A DNA stretch of 64,000 bases from Eledone cirrhosa (lineage: Eukaryota), in contig OZ024742.1 of the NCBI GenBank assembly GCA_964016885.1, forward strand, positions 197,532,001-197,596,000, written 5' to 3'. Below the pieces are notes generated by a model. It was not told the DNA's origin, did no database searches, and worked only from the letters and a program-made list of their open reading frames with translations. The stretch's first letter is position 1; every line of letters starts with the position of its first letter. Positions 13,274-26,996 of the stretch are shown here, one piece after another. The translations under genes and the position numbers were made by a program.

Positions 13274-13542
13274 GGGCCTACTCTGAGTACGTATCTGTAA
13301 ATTAAAGGTGGAAAACTGGGAGAGGGCACTTGCCTTGTGGTCAGGGTCACTGTGGCCTTTTACTGGGCTTTCTCCACAAATGTCCCTCGGAAGCCTCCCC
13401 CCTATTGGGGAATTTTTCTTTGTTATTTTATTACATCCTCTGTTTTTTTTACACGCAGAAATGCCCATTTGTACCGCCCTGTATTGTCCTGTACTGTCCT
13501 TAATGTCTACTTTATGTAAACCCTTGTGGTTAATAAAGAAAA

Positions 13543-13543
<1 letters not shown>
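13273..13543 (+). mobile_element. 3' end of a Tx1-like LINE with (ATT)n tail
   Basis: Shares CCTCCCCC(C)TATTGGGGA and CCCTTGTGG(T/C)TAATAAAGAAA with the 3' UTR of the element at 36796-38922. Confidence 0.65.
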
Positions 13544-13579
<36 letters not shown>

Positions 13580-13585
13580 GTTGTT

Positions 13586-15562
13586 ATTCCTTGAATCTCA
13601 GTCATTGATGTTGGTTAACTGGAAAGTCCGTTGGAATGAATATCAAGCCACTACCTGCAGCCTCAGATATTCAGGACGTATCGGAGGGTTCTTGCTGTTC
13701 CAAGCAAGCATGCCTTTTGAAGCGTTCCAAAAAGCGTGAAGGGCCGATTTTCTTTAACCATCCCTGGAAACTTTTGGAGATAGTCCCCAGTGCGCCTATG
13801 ACAATCGGGATCACTTTGACTTCATGGCAGTTCCAAATCCTTTTCACCTCCCACTTTAGGTCCTGGTATCGGTTAATTTTCTCCCTCTCCTTCTCTTGCA
13901 CTCTCGTGTCGAATGGGCAGGCCACATCCACAATCAGACACGATCTTTTTTCTTTGTCCACAACCACCAGGTCAGGTCTATTGTGTTCCAGTTTTTTGTC
14001 CGTCTGTATCCTAAAATCCCACAGCACCTTCACCTGATTGTTCTCCATCACCGCCTCTGGCCTATGCTCATACCATTTCTCAGAATGTGGTAAATTTTTT
14101 ACTTTGCACAGGTGCCAGTGGATCACCCTGCCCATCACATCGTGTCTCCAGCCCTTATAGTGGGTCTGGGCTAGGTGTTTACACTCGGACACAATGTGAG
14201 CCACAGTCTCCTCTCTCTCTCCACAGATCCTGCACAGTGGGCTAGCCTCCTCCTTGTAAATATGGTGCTTCAACCACTTCGTTTTGAGGGCCTGCTCCTG
14301 CGCAGCCATTAGCATTCCTTCTGTAGCCTTTTTGAGGTCTCCTCTTCTCAACCAGTTCCATGTCTGTGGATCTCTAAATTCAGTTTTCTCAAAGAAGGTA
14401 CTATGAAGGGATTTTCCCTTAAGGCTGCTCTTCCTCCTTGATGTTATTTCCTCCTTGGACATCCCCTGGCCTACTGTCCCCTCCTTCAGTACAGTTCTGA
14501 GCATTGGCTCCTTACTATAGGTCACGTATTTGTATAGGTTGTTTTTCTCCATCTGAACACAGTCCTCTATGCTGATAAGACCTCTTCCACCCTCAGATCT
14601 CCTTAGGTAGAGTCTATCGACATCACTCCTCTTGTGGAACATGTTGTAGATAGTCAATAGCTTCCTAGTCTTCCTATCCATTTCTTTTTGTTCAGCAACA
14701 TTCCATCTCAGAATTCCCGCACTGTACCTAATAATAGACACAGCTCGGGAATTTACTGCGCTTATGGCATTTCTGCTGTTCAGATGTGACTTCAATACGC
14801 TCCTTACTCTCCGAATGTATTCAGTTCTTAACAATTCCTTCATTTTTTTGTTCTTTATGCCATAAGCCTCCAGAACGCCCAAATACTTGTATCCTTCCTC
14901 AGAGTCAATTTCCTTTATCATCTCACCTGTTGGTATCTGGATCCCGTTACTTCTGCTCAACCTACCCCTCCTCATCACAATGACTCCACATTTACTAATA
15001 CCAAACTGCATACATATATCACTGCTGAAAATACGGACAGTGTCAACAAGCACATCCAACTCCTCACTTTTCCCGAAGAGCTTAAGATCGTCCATGAAGA
15101 GGAGGTGATTGATGGTAAGCTCTCCCTTTCCCAACTTGTATCCTGCTCTCACTTTTCGCAGCATAAAGGTCAAGGGCATCAGGGCAAGGACAAACAACAG
15201 AGGGGACAGGCTATCTCCCTGGAAGATACCTCTCTTGATCTTCACGCTTCCCAAGGATACTCCAGTTGATGTCAACTCTGTCTCCCAGGACCCCATACTC
15301 CTGCCCAGCAACTGTCTGATGTTATCTGCCACCCTGAAGATCTCCAGGCTTTTGGTGATCCAAGAATGAGGCACCATGTCAAATGCCTTTCTGTAGTCTA
15401 TCCATCCCATGGCAAGATCAGTGTGTCTCCTCCTGCAATTCCCCATTACCATCTTATCAATAAGTAACTGGTCCTTTGTACCACGTGACTTCTTTCGGCA
15501 TCCTTTCTGTTCGTCCGGTAACAAGTTGTTTGTGTGGAGGTGATGGTAGATTTCCTCAGACA

Positions 15563-15563
<1 letters not shown>
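13586..15563 (-). mobile_element. R4/Dong-like non-LTR retrotransposon (RT, CCHC knuckle, REL endonuclease), 5'-truncated, inserted in (TAA)n
   Basis: About 630 stop-free codons: [63 protein letters not shown]. (TTA)n lies at 13543-13585 and 15564-15607. Confidence 0.92.
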
Positions 15564-15608
<45 letters not shown>

Positions 15609-15735
15609 TCGGTGGATTGGCAGAATCGGTTGATCATCGGACAACATGCTTAGCAGCATAGAGTTACGGCCCTTTGCGTTCTGAGTTCAAACCCCGCCAA
15701 GGTTAGCTTTGCCTTTCATCCTAACGGGACGAGAA
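15609..15735 (+). mobile_element. tRNA-derived SINE, 5' part
   Basis: A-box-like TGGCAGAATCGG, B-box GAGTTCAAAC and core TTTGCCTTTCATCC. Confidence 0.7.
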
Positions 15736-15799
15736 TACAAGAAATTTCGCCTTTTTCTACAATCAAATCTTCCCACACCATTCTTTAATTCTAGCCCTC

Positions 15800-15923
15800 C
15801 TTCTCCCTGTCTCATTCTTTCTCTCCTATCCTTTCTCTTTCTCTCTCTCTCCTACTCTTTCCCTTTCTCTCTCTCTCTCTCTCCTTCTCCCTCTCTCTCA
15901 CTCTTTCTCTCTCTCCAACTATT

Positions 15924-15984
<61 letters not shown>

Positions 15985-16140
15985 TCCCCTCTCTTCCTCT
16001 CTCTCTCTCCTACGCTCCCTTTCTCTCTCCTACTCTCCCTCTATCTCTTTCGTATTCTCTCTCTCTCCTACTCTTTCTCTTTCCCTTTCTCTCTCTCTCT
16101 CTCTCTCCTACTCTCTCTCTCTCTTTCACTCTTTCCCTCC
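15800..16140. repeat. CT-rich polypyrimidine simple repeat
   Basis: Direct inspection. Confidence 0.9.
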
Positions 16141-16339
16141 TACTTCCATCTATTTATCACCCTACACTGTCACATTCTCTTTATTCAGTTACTCTTTTTA
16201 TTTTTATTTGTATTTTTATTTTTATTTTGATCTATGTTCTCTCCTCCACATGTTGTCAGCGAATTCATTGTTAACGGAAAACATTCCAAAATGTTTTCAC
16301 GTAGAACAGCATCGCCTCTCCTACACCACACCACTCCCC

Positions 16340-16378
<39 letters not shown>

Positions 16379-16915
16379 TACGCGCGTGCGCACACACACA
16401 CTTCATACCTTGAGAATAATTCCAAATGAAAATTCTTGTATATTTTATCGTTGGTGCCAAACCAAACGTCTTAGAGAAATAAATGAAAATAAGGTCAAAT
16501 AATTCCACATGGAAGTTGTATGTTTTATCGTCTCATCACTGACAACAGCAACTGCTGAAGAAACAACAACAACAACACAAAATATATACACAAAACCATA
16601 CACAATAACGAACCGACGTGTAGGTGGCGGAGACACTGTGAAATTAACGAGTGCAATGTTGCCATACAATGTTAATGTGGAAGACCCAAGTAAGGTAAGC
16701 CTAGGCAGGAAGGAAGTTGTATTGCAGCAGTTCTACAGCAATATCAACAGAGTTTAGTAATATTTGAGAAGGGATGGGTTAAGTCAATTCAGTTAGCACG
16801 AAGACTACACACAGAACTGCCTACTAAAGCTTGCAGTCGGTAATCTTTGAGAAGGTATGGGTAAATACAATTGAGTTAGCACCGAGTCTATACACAGTTG
16901 CTCGACCATCTAAAA

Positions 16916-17224
16916 CAAGGGTGTGCAACATATTCCATTGGCGGGCCACTTTTGAACATTGGAACAACTATTAGGGCCATTAATATTTATTAAGCTCTAT
17001 TCCAAAGATTCACAACTTCTTTCCATAACATGGAACTGGGAAATTATAACACACATAACCCTATCAGTGAAGCCCTTTAGTAGAGGTCAACTAACAGAAA
17101 ATTGTATTACGGTTACGAAAAAAACTCTAAATAAGCCTACAAGGTAAAAATTAAAAACGGTCAACGCGGGCCACTCTGACTGGGCCGGATTGTGGCGCAC
17201 GGACCGCCTGTTGCACGCCCCCTT
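16916..17224. mobile_element. hAT (Charlie-like) MITE
   Basis: Ends CAAGGGTGTGCAAC / GTTGCACGCCCCCT with subterminal GCGGGCC motifs. The 8-bp TSD is imperfect (ATCTAAAA-like). Confidence 0.6.
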
Positions 17225-18062
17225 TTAAAAACTTGCAGTCGGTTCTCTTAAATTGCACCCTACAATCTTATAAAATGAAGCACACGTTGCATAATGTAGT
17301 CCTAGATGAACAGTGCCTGAACGAAAACACATACACAGAATAAAACACAGTTAGAATTCTTTTGGTGATATCTAACCTGGGGTTTTGATTAGAGTTGACC
17401 TGGGGTTAAATAGTGGCAGCTGTTTGAAATAACTGCAATAAACTCACCAACAATAATTACAACAATAATAACCGCTTATTTAGAAACAACAGTAGTTACA
17501 GTAACATTTAGGGCCTCGTGTGTCGGAACACTACGGATGAATACATGGAGAGTTCCTCTTTGGAACACAGGTCTTGGCAAGGCTTCATTTATATTAAAGA
17601 CCAGCAGCTACCCATACATGTAGGTTTCCACACCTTAGATATTGTCCAGGAGAAAGGAACAGTTCCGATACAGTCTGACACTAGCCAAGGGACGCAATAA
17701 ACACCGCAAGGTGTACTAACTGACGACACAATAAATGCGACAACAATAATAGTTGTTTTTTTATGAAACTGCTGTTAGCTTCTAAATATAGGATGTTGTT
17801 TATGTATAAACGTTTGGACGTATTACGTAAGTACATAGTATATATTACGTATCTGCGTATTATGTATATACATACATGAAGACGTGGGTGAACTGTAACG
17901 GCTGTGCCACAGCATGGCCGCAGTCGAATTACTGAAATCAGTAAGAGGAAAAAGAATAAATATGTTTCTTAGCATATGTGCGTGTGTTTCAACTCATTTC
18001 TACATATATAAATACATATAAATACATATATATAAATACATATTCATGTATACATGTATACA

Positions 18063-18104
<42 letters not shown>

Positions 18105-18197
18105 CGTACAAAGTGTGTATATGTGCGAGGTGGCATATGTGTGAATATATACATATGGATACGTTTGTGCGAATATATATATATATATATATATATT

Positions 18198-18234
<37 letters not shown>

Positions 18235-18268
18235 ATACACACACACAACCACACACACCCACACACCC

Positions 18269-18299
<31 letters not shown>

Positions 18300-18583
18300 T
18301 GGCGACCTTATGAATATTTTAAAGCCTTTGGGGGTGTGGTTGATAGTCTATTCAACAGTTAACATATGTCTCTCTCTACTGTACCCTTGTGCAGGAGTGT
18401 GACACACCCTATACCAATGTCAATTCTACGAACGACACCAAGGGGGGAGATTTGAATGTTATCGCAGGTGTTAAACCCACCGGAAGATGGAGTGGATCTC
18501 TGTCGATTTTGAAGATGAATGTTTCAGTTGTTCCAATCAAGTTAACATGTAAGTGACTGAGCATTCCACAGACATAACGTAAT

Positions 18584-19185
18584 CAGGGCCGGATTTAGAC
18601 CTTGGAGGTCCGGGGCACTTGAGGTTTGAGGGGAGGGGGGCGCATACATAAACTAATTAGAATATAGCAAACTCCCAATTTTACATATCAAAACCAGCTT
18701 GATACAAGTAATTGAAATTAAAAAATCTAACCATCCTCACCTTATGTCCACTTTCCACACTGGCATGTTTTGGACAGGTTGTCGCAATCCAAGACCAGAC
18801 ATATCAGAGCGACCTCATCTTTCTCAAACATTACATATTTGGCATGGCTTCTATGGCTGGATGCTTTTCCTAACATAACCACTTTGAAGTGTTTACTGTG
18901 TGAATTGTTTCTGCGATACCAGCATAAACACTTTACACTGAGACATCAAATCATTTTTATTAGAATATTGTTCTGATATCTCTAAAGTTGAAAAACTTTG
19001 ATGAATTTTGCCACAGTTAGGACATTAAATACATTTTATTAAAAATATAATTCTCGTTGTCAAAGGGATAAAACTAAAAAGCCAAGCAAAGGGCACAAAT
19101 AAATTGCTATAGACGTCACTGGTGGGGGCTCCCCACCAGTGACGGGATAATTTCCCCCTTTGTACCCCCATTAAATCCGGCTCTG
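18584..19185. mobile_element. non-autonomous hAT element
   Basis: TIRs CAGGGCCGGATTTA / TAAATCCGGCTCTG and an exact 8-bp TSD AACGTAAT (18576-18583, 19186-19193). Confidence 0.85.
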
Positions 19186-19649
19186 AACGTAATCTCTTAA
19201 CATAATTTTTAGGGAGATTCAACGTGAGACATTGTGTGAAAAGGCTGACCCTTTGAATTAATGTACAGTCCATCCGACGGGTTTCTGAACATTTTCCGTC
19301 TACCAAATTTCCCTCATAAGGCATGGGCCGAGCCGAGGCTGTGGAAAATACATGCATGGTCCCGTAAATTCTGAGTCGTAGGGGTGTTCTAGGATATTTT
19401 TTAAAACCTGGTGGAGCCCATTTCCTCTCCAGGTTAGGGTTAGAGGTAAATAATACTTGCCCAAAATGTCATGCAGTAGGACAGAACCCGGGACCTAAGG
19501 ATTACATAACAAACTCCTTAACCATTCCGCCATGCTGTCTCCACACACCGGAAGATGTCCCCTCGTAAATTGTCCAATAATCAGAACACAGTGGGGAATC
19601 TATTATTTCGGGAGATAGAACAGGGCAGGGCTTTTTAACTTCGTTAGTT

Positions 19650-21810
19650 TGTCTTTTAGAGTTTGTGTATGTGTGTGCCTGTGTGTGTGTGTGTGTATGT
19701 CTTTTAGAGTTTGTGTATGTGTGTGTCTGTGTGTGTATGTCTTTTAGAGTTTGTGTATGTGTCTTCCTGTGTGTGTATGTCTTTTAGAGTTTGTGTATGT
19801 GTCTGCCTGTGTGTGTATGTCTTTTAGAGTTTGTGTATGTGTCTGCCTGTGTGTGTGTGTCTTTTAGAGTTTGTGTATGTGTGTGCCTGTGTGTGTATGT
19901 CTTTTAGAGTTTGTGTATGTGTGTGCCTGTGTGTGTCTGTGTATGTCTTTTAGAGTTTGTGTATGTGTCTGCCTGTGTGTGTGTGTGTGTATGTCTTTTA
20001 GAGTTTGTGTATGTGTGTGCCTGTGTGTGCCTGTGTGTCTTTTAGAGTTTGTGTATGTGTGGGCCTGTGTGTGTGTGTGTGTGTGTATGCCTTTTAGAGT
20101 TTGTGTATGTGTGTGCCTGTGTGTGTGTGTGTGTGTATGCCTTTTAGAGTTTGTGTATGTGTCTGCCTGTGTGTGTGTATGTCTTTTAGAGTATGTGTAT
20201 GTGTCTGCCTGTGTGTGTCTGTGTATGTCTTTTAGAGTATGTGTATGTGTCTGCCTGTGTGTGTCTGTGTATGTCTTTTAGAGTATGTGTATGTGTCTGC
20301 CTGTGTGTGTCTGTGTATGTCTTTTAGAGTATGTGTATGTGTCTGCCTGTGTGTGTGTGTGTGTCTTTTAGAGTTTGTGTATGTGTCTGCCTGTGTGTGT
20401 GTGTCTTTTAGAGTTTGTGTATGTGTCTGCATGTGTGTGTGCGTGCATAAGTGTGTGTATATGTGTGTCTATGTGTGTATGATGTGTATATGTCTGTATA
20501 TGCATGAGTGTGTATATGTGTGCCTGTGTGTGTGTCTATGTGTGTATGATGTGTATATGTCTGTATGTGGATGAGTGTGTATGTGTGTGTCTGTGTGTGA
20601 AGTTGTGTGTATGTATGTGTGTATGTGTATGTGCCTGTGTGTGTCTGTGTTTGCATGAGTGTATATGTGTGTATGTGTGTATATATGTGTGTATGTGTGT
20701 CTGTGTGTCTGTGTGTCTGTGTGTCTGTGTGTCTGTGTGTCTGTGTGTGCATGAGTGTATATATGTGTATGTGTGTATGTATGTATGTATGTGTGTCTAT
20801 GTGTCTGTGTGTCTGTGTGTGCATGAGTGTATATGTGTGTATGTGTGTATATATGTGTGTATGTGTGTCTGTGTGTCTGTGTGTCTGTGTGTGCATGAGT
20901 GTATATATGTGTATGTGTGTATGTATGTATGTATGTATGTGTGTCTATGTGTCTGTGTGCATGAGTGTATATGTGTGTATGTGTGTATGTATGTGTGTCT
21001 GTGTGTCTGTGTGTCTGTGTGTGTATGAGTGTATATGTGTGTATGTGTGTATGTGTGTATGTGTGTATGTGTGTCTGTGTGTCTGTGTGTTTATGTGTGC
21101 ATGAGTGTATATGTGTGTATGTGTGTATATATGTGTGTCTGTGTGTCTGTGTGTCTGTGTGTGCATGAGTGTATATGTGTGTATGTGTGTATGTATGTGT
21201 GTCTGTGTGTCTGTGTGTGTATGAGTGTATATGTGTATGTATGTGTGTATGTATGTGTGTCTGTGTGTCTGTGTGTCTGTGTGTGTATGAGTGTATATGT
21301 GTGTATGTGTGTATGTATGTGTGTCTGTGTGTCTGTGTGTGTATGAGTGTATATGTGTATGTATGTGTGTATGTATGTATGTCTGTGTGTCTGTGTGTCT
21401 GTGTGTGTATGAGTGTATATGTGTGTGTATGTGTGTATGTATGTATGTCTGTGTGTCTGTGTATCTGTGTGTGTATGAGTGTATATGTGTATGTATGTAT
21501 GTGTGTATGTATGTCTGTGTGTCTGTGTGTGTATGAGTGTATATGTGTGTGTATGTGTGTATGTATGTATGTGTGTGTGTCTGTGTGTCTGTGTGTGTAT
21601 GAGTGTATATGTGTATGTATGTGTGTATGTATGTATGTGTGTGTGTCTGTGTGTCTGTGTGTGTATGAGTGTATATGTGTGTGTATGTGTGTATGTATGT
21701 ATGTGTGTGTGTCTGTGTGTCTGTGTGTGTATGAGTGTATATGTGTGTGTATGTGTGTATGTATGTATGTATGTGTGTCTGTGTGTGTGTGCGTGTATGA
21801 GTGTGTGTTT
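19650..21810. repeat. compound TG-rich satellite: ~40-bp GTCTTTTAGAGTTTGTGTATG units, then ATGAGTGTATATGTG/CTGTGTGT units
   Basis: Direct inspection, with the unit switch near 20420. Confidence 0.9.
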
Positions 21811-22064
21811 GATGTGTTTCAATTTTTACTCTCTTTTTTTCTGACTTATTCAAGTGGGGTTTATCTGGGTTTTTTTGGCTGCTGTTGTTGTTGTTATTGT
21901 TAATGGCGGTGGTGGGTGGGGTGGGGGAGGGGTGTAGTCCCCCTCCCCCAGCCCCATTCTATTAATCTGGTGATTTCTCTTCTAGATTAGAATTCTATTT
22001 TTATTTTCTATAATGGATAAATAAACTCTCGGTCGTTGTTGATGTTTATTGTGGTTGTTTTATT

Positions 22065-22980
22065 ATGGAGGAGAAAGGGAGAGAGTGAGAGAAACAAAAG
22101 GAGAAAGAGAGAGGGAGGAGAGAGAGACAGAGAGGGGGAGACAGAGAGAGGGAGGAGACAGAGAGAGAGGCAGAGAGGAGAAGGGGCAAGAAAAAAGACA
22201 GAGTGAGGGAGAGAGAAAGAAAGAGACAGAGAGGGGCATAGCGAGAAGGAGTGAGAAAAGGGAGACAGAAAAAGAGACAGCGAGGCTGAGAAAGAGAGAG
22301 AGAGGAGGAGGAGATGGGAGAGCGGGAGGGAGAGAGAGACACAGAGAGAGAAGGGGAGAGAAAAACGACAGATAGGGAGAGAAAAAGAGAGCGACTGAGA
22401 GGGGCAGAGGGAGACGGAGAGAGAGAAGGAGACAGAGACAGAGAAAGAAAGAGGGGGAGAGGGGGGGTTTAGATTTAAGCTGTATTACTGTGGAGGATTA
22501 AGTTGTGTTGTAATGACAAGAGAGAAAGGGGGGGGGGGGTATGTTATATTATAGAGAATGTCTTATTGGAATAACGAGAGAGAGGGAAAGATAGGTAAAG
22601 AGAGAGTTAGGTAGTGATAGACAGGTAGAGAGAGAGAGGGAGAGAGAGAGATAAGTAGAGGGAAAGAGAAAGTTAAGCAGTGATAGATAGGTAGAGAGAG
22701 AGAGGGGAGGGTGAGAGAGTGAGAGAGATAGGTAGAGGGAAAGAGAGAGTTAGGTAGTGATAGACAGGTAGAGAGAGAGAGGGGGAGAGAGAGAGATAGG
22801 TAGAGGGAAAGAGAAAGTTAAGCAGTGATAGATAGGTAGAGAGAGAGGGGGAGGGAGAGAGAATGAGAGAGATAGGTAGAGGGAAAGAGAGAGTTAGGTA
22901 GTGACAGATAGGTGAAAAGAGAGAGAGTGAGAGAGATAGGTAAAGGGAAAGAGTGAGACAGAGTGGGGAAGAGAGAGGCA
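22065..22980. repeat. GA-rich polypurine tract with ~60-bp GATAGGTAGAGGGAAAGAG repeats
   Basis: Direct inspection. Confidence 0.85.
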
Positions 22981-23828
22981 GTACGTCGGCTAGATTTAAG
23001 CTATTTTAAAGGATTATTTTATTACAAGAATTTATTATTAGACAACAGAAGATAAGAAACATAATTGTATCATGTCATGTAATTACTATCATTGTTGTAG
23101 TTGTTGTTGTTGTTATTACTATCATTGTTGTTGCTGTTGTTGTTATCACGTATTACGGTACGTGAAACACGAAGTTGGCTGAGCCGCCGTTCGAAGGCTC
23201 AAAGTAGCAACAAAACCACAACTCGAACTCTACAGACGGCAACAGGTGCGTGCTATACGACTCCAATAGTAAAGATATTCGCTTCCCAATCACGAAGTGT
23301 CGGGTTCGATCCGATCCCACTTTGGGACTTCTTGGTCCCATATGTTCCCCCATAAAATAGTTGAAAATGATCAAGTGGTTATCTGTAAAATTTCCGGATC
23401 TTTCAAATCTTCAAGTAATTTAATATTTTAAAGAATATTCTTAGAAATAGAGTAAAATACCTGACCTCAAGTTCAGCAAAGCCTTGTAGGCGAAATTGGT
23501 TAGATCGAAATTGTGCCATCATGCAACAATTCTATAAATGACTGACTTCTGAGTCTATTTCAGCAAATGTTGTTTATAACATAAACATACGCTTGTTTAG
23601 CCAGGACAGCCCATAGTTTTAGATATAGATCCTGTGTAAGAGAAAAGAGGAAGAACTTCACCTATCGATAGAGGAATAAAGGTACGCTTGAAATTGATTA
23701 CTGACATCGTTCATTTTACAATCGTTGCATTCATTTTTTTTACTCACTTTTCCATTTTTTAGTCAAAAATACGGCGAAAACTTCTATTTCTATAGAATTT
23801 CAAAATTAGCTCGCTGTTTCAAAACAAA

Positions 23829-23875
<47 letters not shown>

Positions 23876-23877
<2 letters not shown>

Positions 23878-24013
23878 CGAAGGAAATGTGGTAAGGAACC
23901 AGGTGGACCATAACGCACCAAAGTACTCAATACTTAGGGTAGTAGAGTGGGTAATAGGAACAAGTAAGACCCCGACGGCTGAGCTCAAGCCGTTTCGACG
24001 GCTAATTCTGGAC
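23876..24013 (-). mobile_element. short half-hammerhead pLTR-like element in (TA)n
   Basis: Near-identical to 56896-57033. The minus strand has gccgtc-GAAA-cggct(tgagctc)agccg-TC-ggggtc. Confidence 0.65.
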
Positions 24014-24015
24014 TG

Positions 24016-24047
<32 letters not shown>

Positions 24048-24286
24048 TTAATACATTAGCAGAGAAAGCCTTAAGTGATACTCTGACAAACTCCATCTCA
24101 CTCAACAAACATTAGTATTATCCCAATTTAGTGTTTGGGGTGCTAACTAATCAGTATTTCGTGGATAGCTGGTTGTATTATTTTATATGAGACATAATTA
24201 AATAAATCTCTCTTTCCTATATATATATATAGTTAAATCTTAGACGGGAACAGTTTATTAGGTTCACGCTCTTGAGAGTGGGGGTG

Positions 24287-24317
24287 GACATTTCGGGCAT
24301 AAGCCCTTCATCAGGAG
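24287..24317 (-). ncRNA. hammerhead core in a solo pLTR-like segment (stem I decayed)
   Basis: CTGATGA-A-gggc(ttat)gccc-GAAA-tg-TC. Confidence 0.55.
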
Positions 24318-24780
24318 AAAAGTGGGTAGGGAGAGAGTTCCGAGGGTGTGTGGGGGAGTGGTGGAAATATATTTAGAAAAAGTGGGGGGGGGGAGAAAAG
24401 GGAGGAAAAACGATTTTAGAAGTACAAATAAAAATAAAAATAAACATTAAAAAATAAACATAAAAATAAACAAGTGGTGGCGGGTGGAGTTGGGAGAGGG
24501 AGGCGGGGGGTCCGAGCGGGGAGGGCTGAAGGTGGCGTTTATGTATGTGTGTAGGTGTACGTGTGTGTGTGCACGCGTGTGTATGTGAATGTGAGAGTTG
24601 GGGGAAGAACGAGGTTCCATGTTCAGGAAAAGGTGTGTGCGTGGGGTGTAAGTCGGTGTGTGCGTGTGTGTGGGTGGAGAGGTGGGCATGTGGATTCCGG
24701 AGGCTGAGTGTGTATATGTGGGGATATCCACGTGTGTGTTTGTTCGTGGGTATGTTCCTAAAGTAGTTCCGTGGAGTGTG

Positions 24781-24875
<95 letters not shown>

Positions 24876-24964
24876 TAGATAGATATAGGTATTGAAATTT
24901 CCGTTGAAAACAGAAAAGGTCATAGAAGTGAAGAGTGCTCTATGTAAGTACCAGAGCAAAATTT

Positions 24965-26954
24965 AATGTATAAAAATCAATGCAATATAATTACCTAATT
25001 ACCAGAGGGTTCCCGAATGAGGCGAATACGAAAGAAACGTCTTCATACGTTCGTCAGACGAGGCAATATAAAACATGGATAAATACTTGGAAAGTCTCAT
25101 CAAGAAAAGCAAAAAAAAAATATAGACAAATGAATTAGAATATTAAATATATAAAAATCTTTCAAGAAATATAGTTAGGTGTATGTATATGTATGTATAT
25201 ACGCTCACAGATGTGCATATATGTGTATGCACATATGTATACGTATAGTGAAAAAGTGTGCGTAAATATATAATTTAGGGCAAATGTATCTGTGTATCTG
25301 TAATCTACAGACAGAATAGATACATCATAAGAATATGAAGGCACGCGCATAAACACACCTACACACACGTACACTTATATGCGGAAGTAAAAGAGGTAAG
25401 GGAGTGTAATAATTAAAGGAAAATATCAATCTCGATATATTTATAAAAATGGAACAATAATTTAGAAAGAAAAAATTAAAGAAAAGAAGACAAACAAGGT
25501 ACACGCATACACACACACGTATACCTCACAAAAGAAACGCAAAAATATACATGATTATATACACACGCACACTTACACATCCATACGTTCGATACGTACA
25601 CACACACACACACACACACACACATACTTACACTCACGCATATTGACCTGTATGCATGCACACGCATAAAAATGAGGATGTAAAAAAAGGGGGAGAAGAA
25701 AAAAGAAACAAAACATAAAACCTAGATGTAAAAACACGGATATAAAGACACATACACATACATATATACACGCACGCGCGCGCACATACGTAGGCGCTCA
25801 TGTACATATATAGAAAGTATACACACATTAAGGCGTTCAGACACATAGATACAGGGTGTAAAAAACTTGTGGATAAGTAAGTACAAATATAAAATTGTAA
25901 GAATGGCTGCGCAAAAATAAAAAATAAAAATAAAAATAAAAATAAAAATAAAAATAAAAATAAATGAAATTAATAATAAGGATAAAAATGAAAGTAAAAC
26001 AGAAAGGGTAATTATGAAGAGAATAATAAGAGTTTGTGGAGGATAAGTATCTGAAAGTGTGTTAAGTTTATATGAGCTGGAAAGCAGGTGTGATTTCATG
26101 TGTGGGCAACTGGTTTAAATTTCCGTTTTTGTGTTCAGGCAGGTCTTTGGTGATTTAAGATTTTGCAAGATCCAATATTTTTCATTTATGCAGAGCGTGC
26201 ATTTTCTTGTTCCTCTTGCATATTCTTTAGATTGGTTCAAAATTGACCAATCCAATTTATATTGGATGCCTTGGTCTTTCAAATCCCAAATTCTGCTAGC
26301 CAGAGCTGTTGTAAATCTTTTTTCTGGATGTCGAAAGGTATGGATGTGTAAGTGTGCGTGTGTATATAAGCATGTATATTTTTGCGTTTCTTTTGTGAGA
26401 TATACATGTGTGTGTATGCGTGTACCTTGTTTGTCTTCTTTTCTTTAATTTTTTCTTTCTAAATTATTGTTCCATTTTTATAAATATATCGAGATTGATA
26501 TTTTCCTTTAATTATTACACTCCCTTACCTCTTTTACTTCCGCATATAAGTGTACGTGTGTGTAGGTGTGTTTATGCGCGTGCCTTCATATTCTTATGAT
26601 GTATCTATTCTGTCTGTAGATTACAGATACACAGATACATTTGCCCTAAATTATATATTTACGCACACTTTTTCACTATACGTATACATATGTGCATACA
26701 CATATATGCACATCTGTGAGCGTATATACATACATATACATACACCTAACTATATTTCTTGAAAGATTTTTATATATTTAATATTCTAATTCATTTGTCT
26801 ATATTTTTTTTGCTTTTCTTGATGAGACTTTCCAAGTATTTACCCATGTTTTATATTGCCTCGTCTGACGAATGAATGAAGACGTTTCTTTCGTATTCGC
26901 CTCATTCGGGAAACCTCTGGTAATGAGGTAATTATATTGTATTGATTTTTATAC

Positions 26955-26960
<6 letters not shown>
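24965..26960 (-). mobile_element. truncated PLE (probably Hydra-like) with inverted pLTRs at 24965-25590 and 26337-26960
   Basis: Minus strand 26100-26335 reads TALASRIWDLKDQGIQYKLDWSIL...KCTLCINEK...CLN...CPH. ORFs 25162-25516 (-) and 26408-26762 (+) are mirror copies. A decayed CTGACGA...GAAA lies near 25010-25060 and 26865-26915. Confidence 0.8.

Positions 26961-26996
<36 letters not shown>

Noticed and set aside
15564-15659. Apparent start of the 662-aa ORF (MLLSMLSDD...poly-N)
   Set aside because: It derives from an antisense SINE head plus the (TAA)n target. The LINE is 5'-truncated at ~15563.
23072-23250. Signal-peptide-like exon ending at CAG|GTGCGT
   Set aside because: The poly-Leu comes from (TTG)n, an in-frame TAG precedes it with no ATG, and the other frames are closed.
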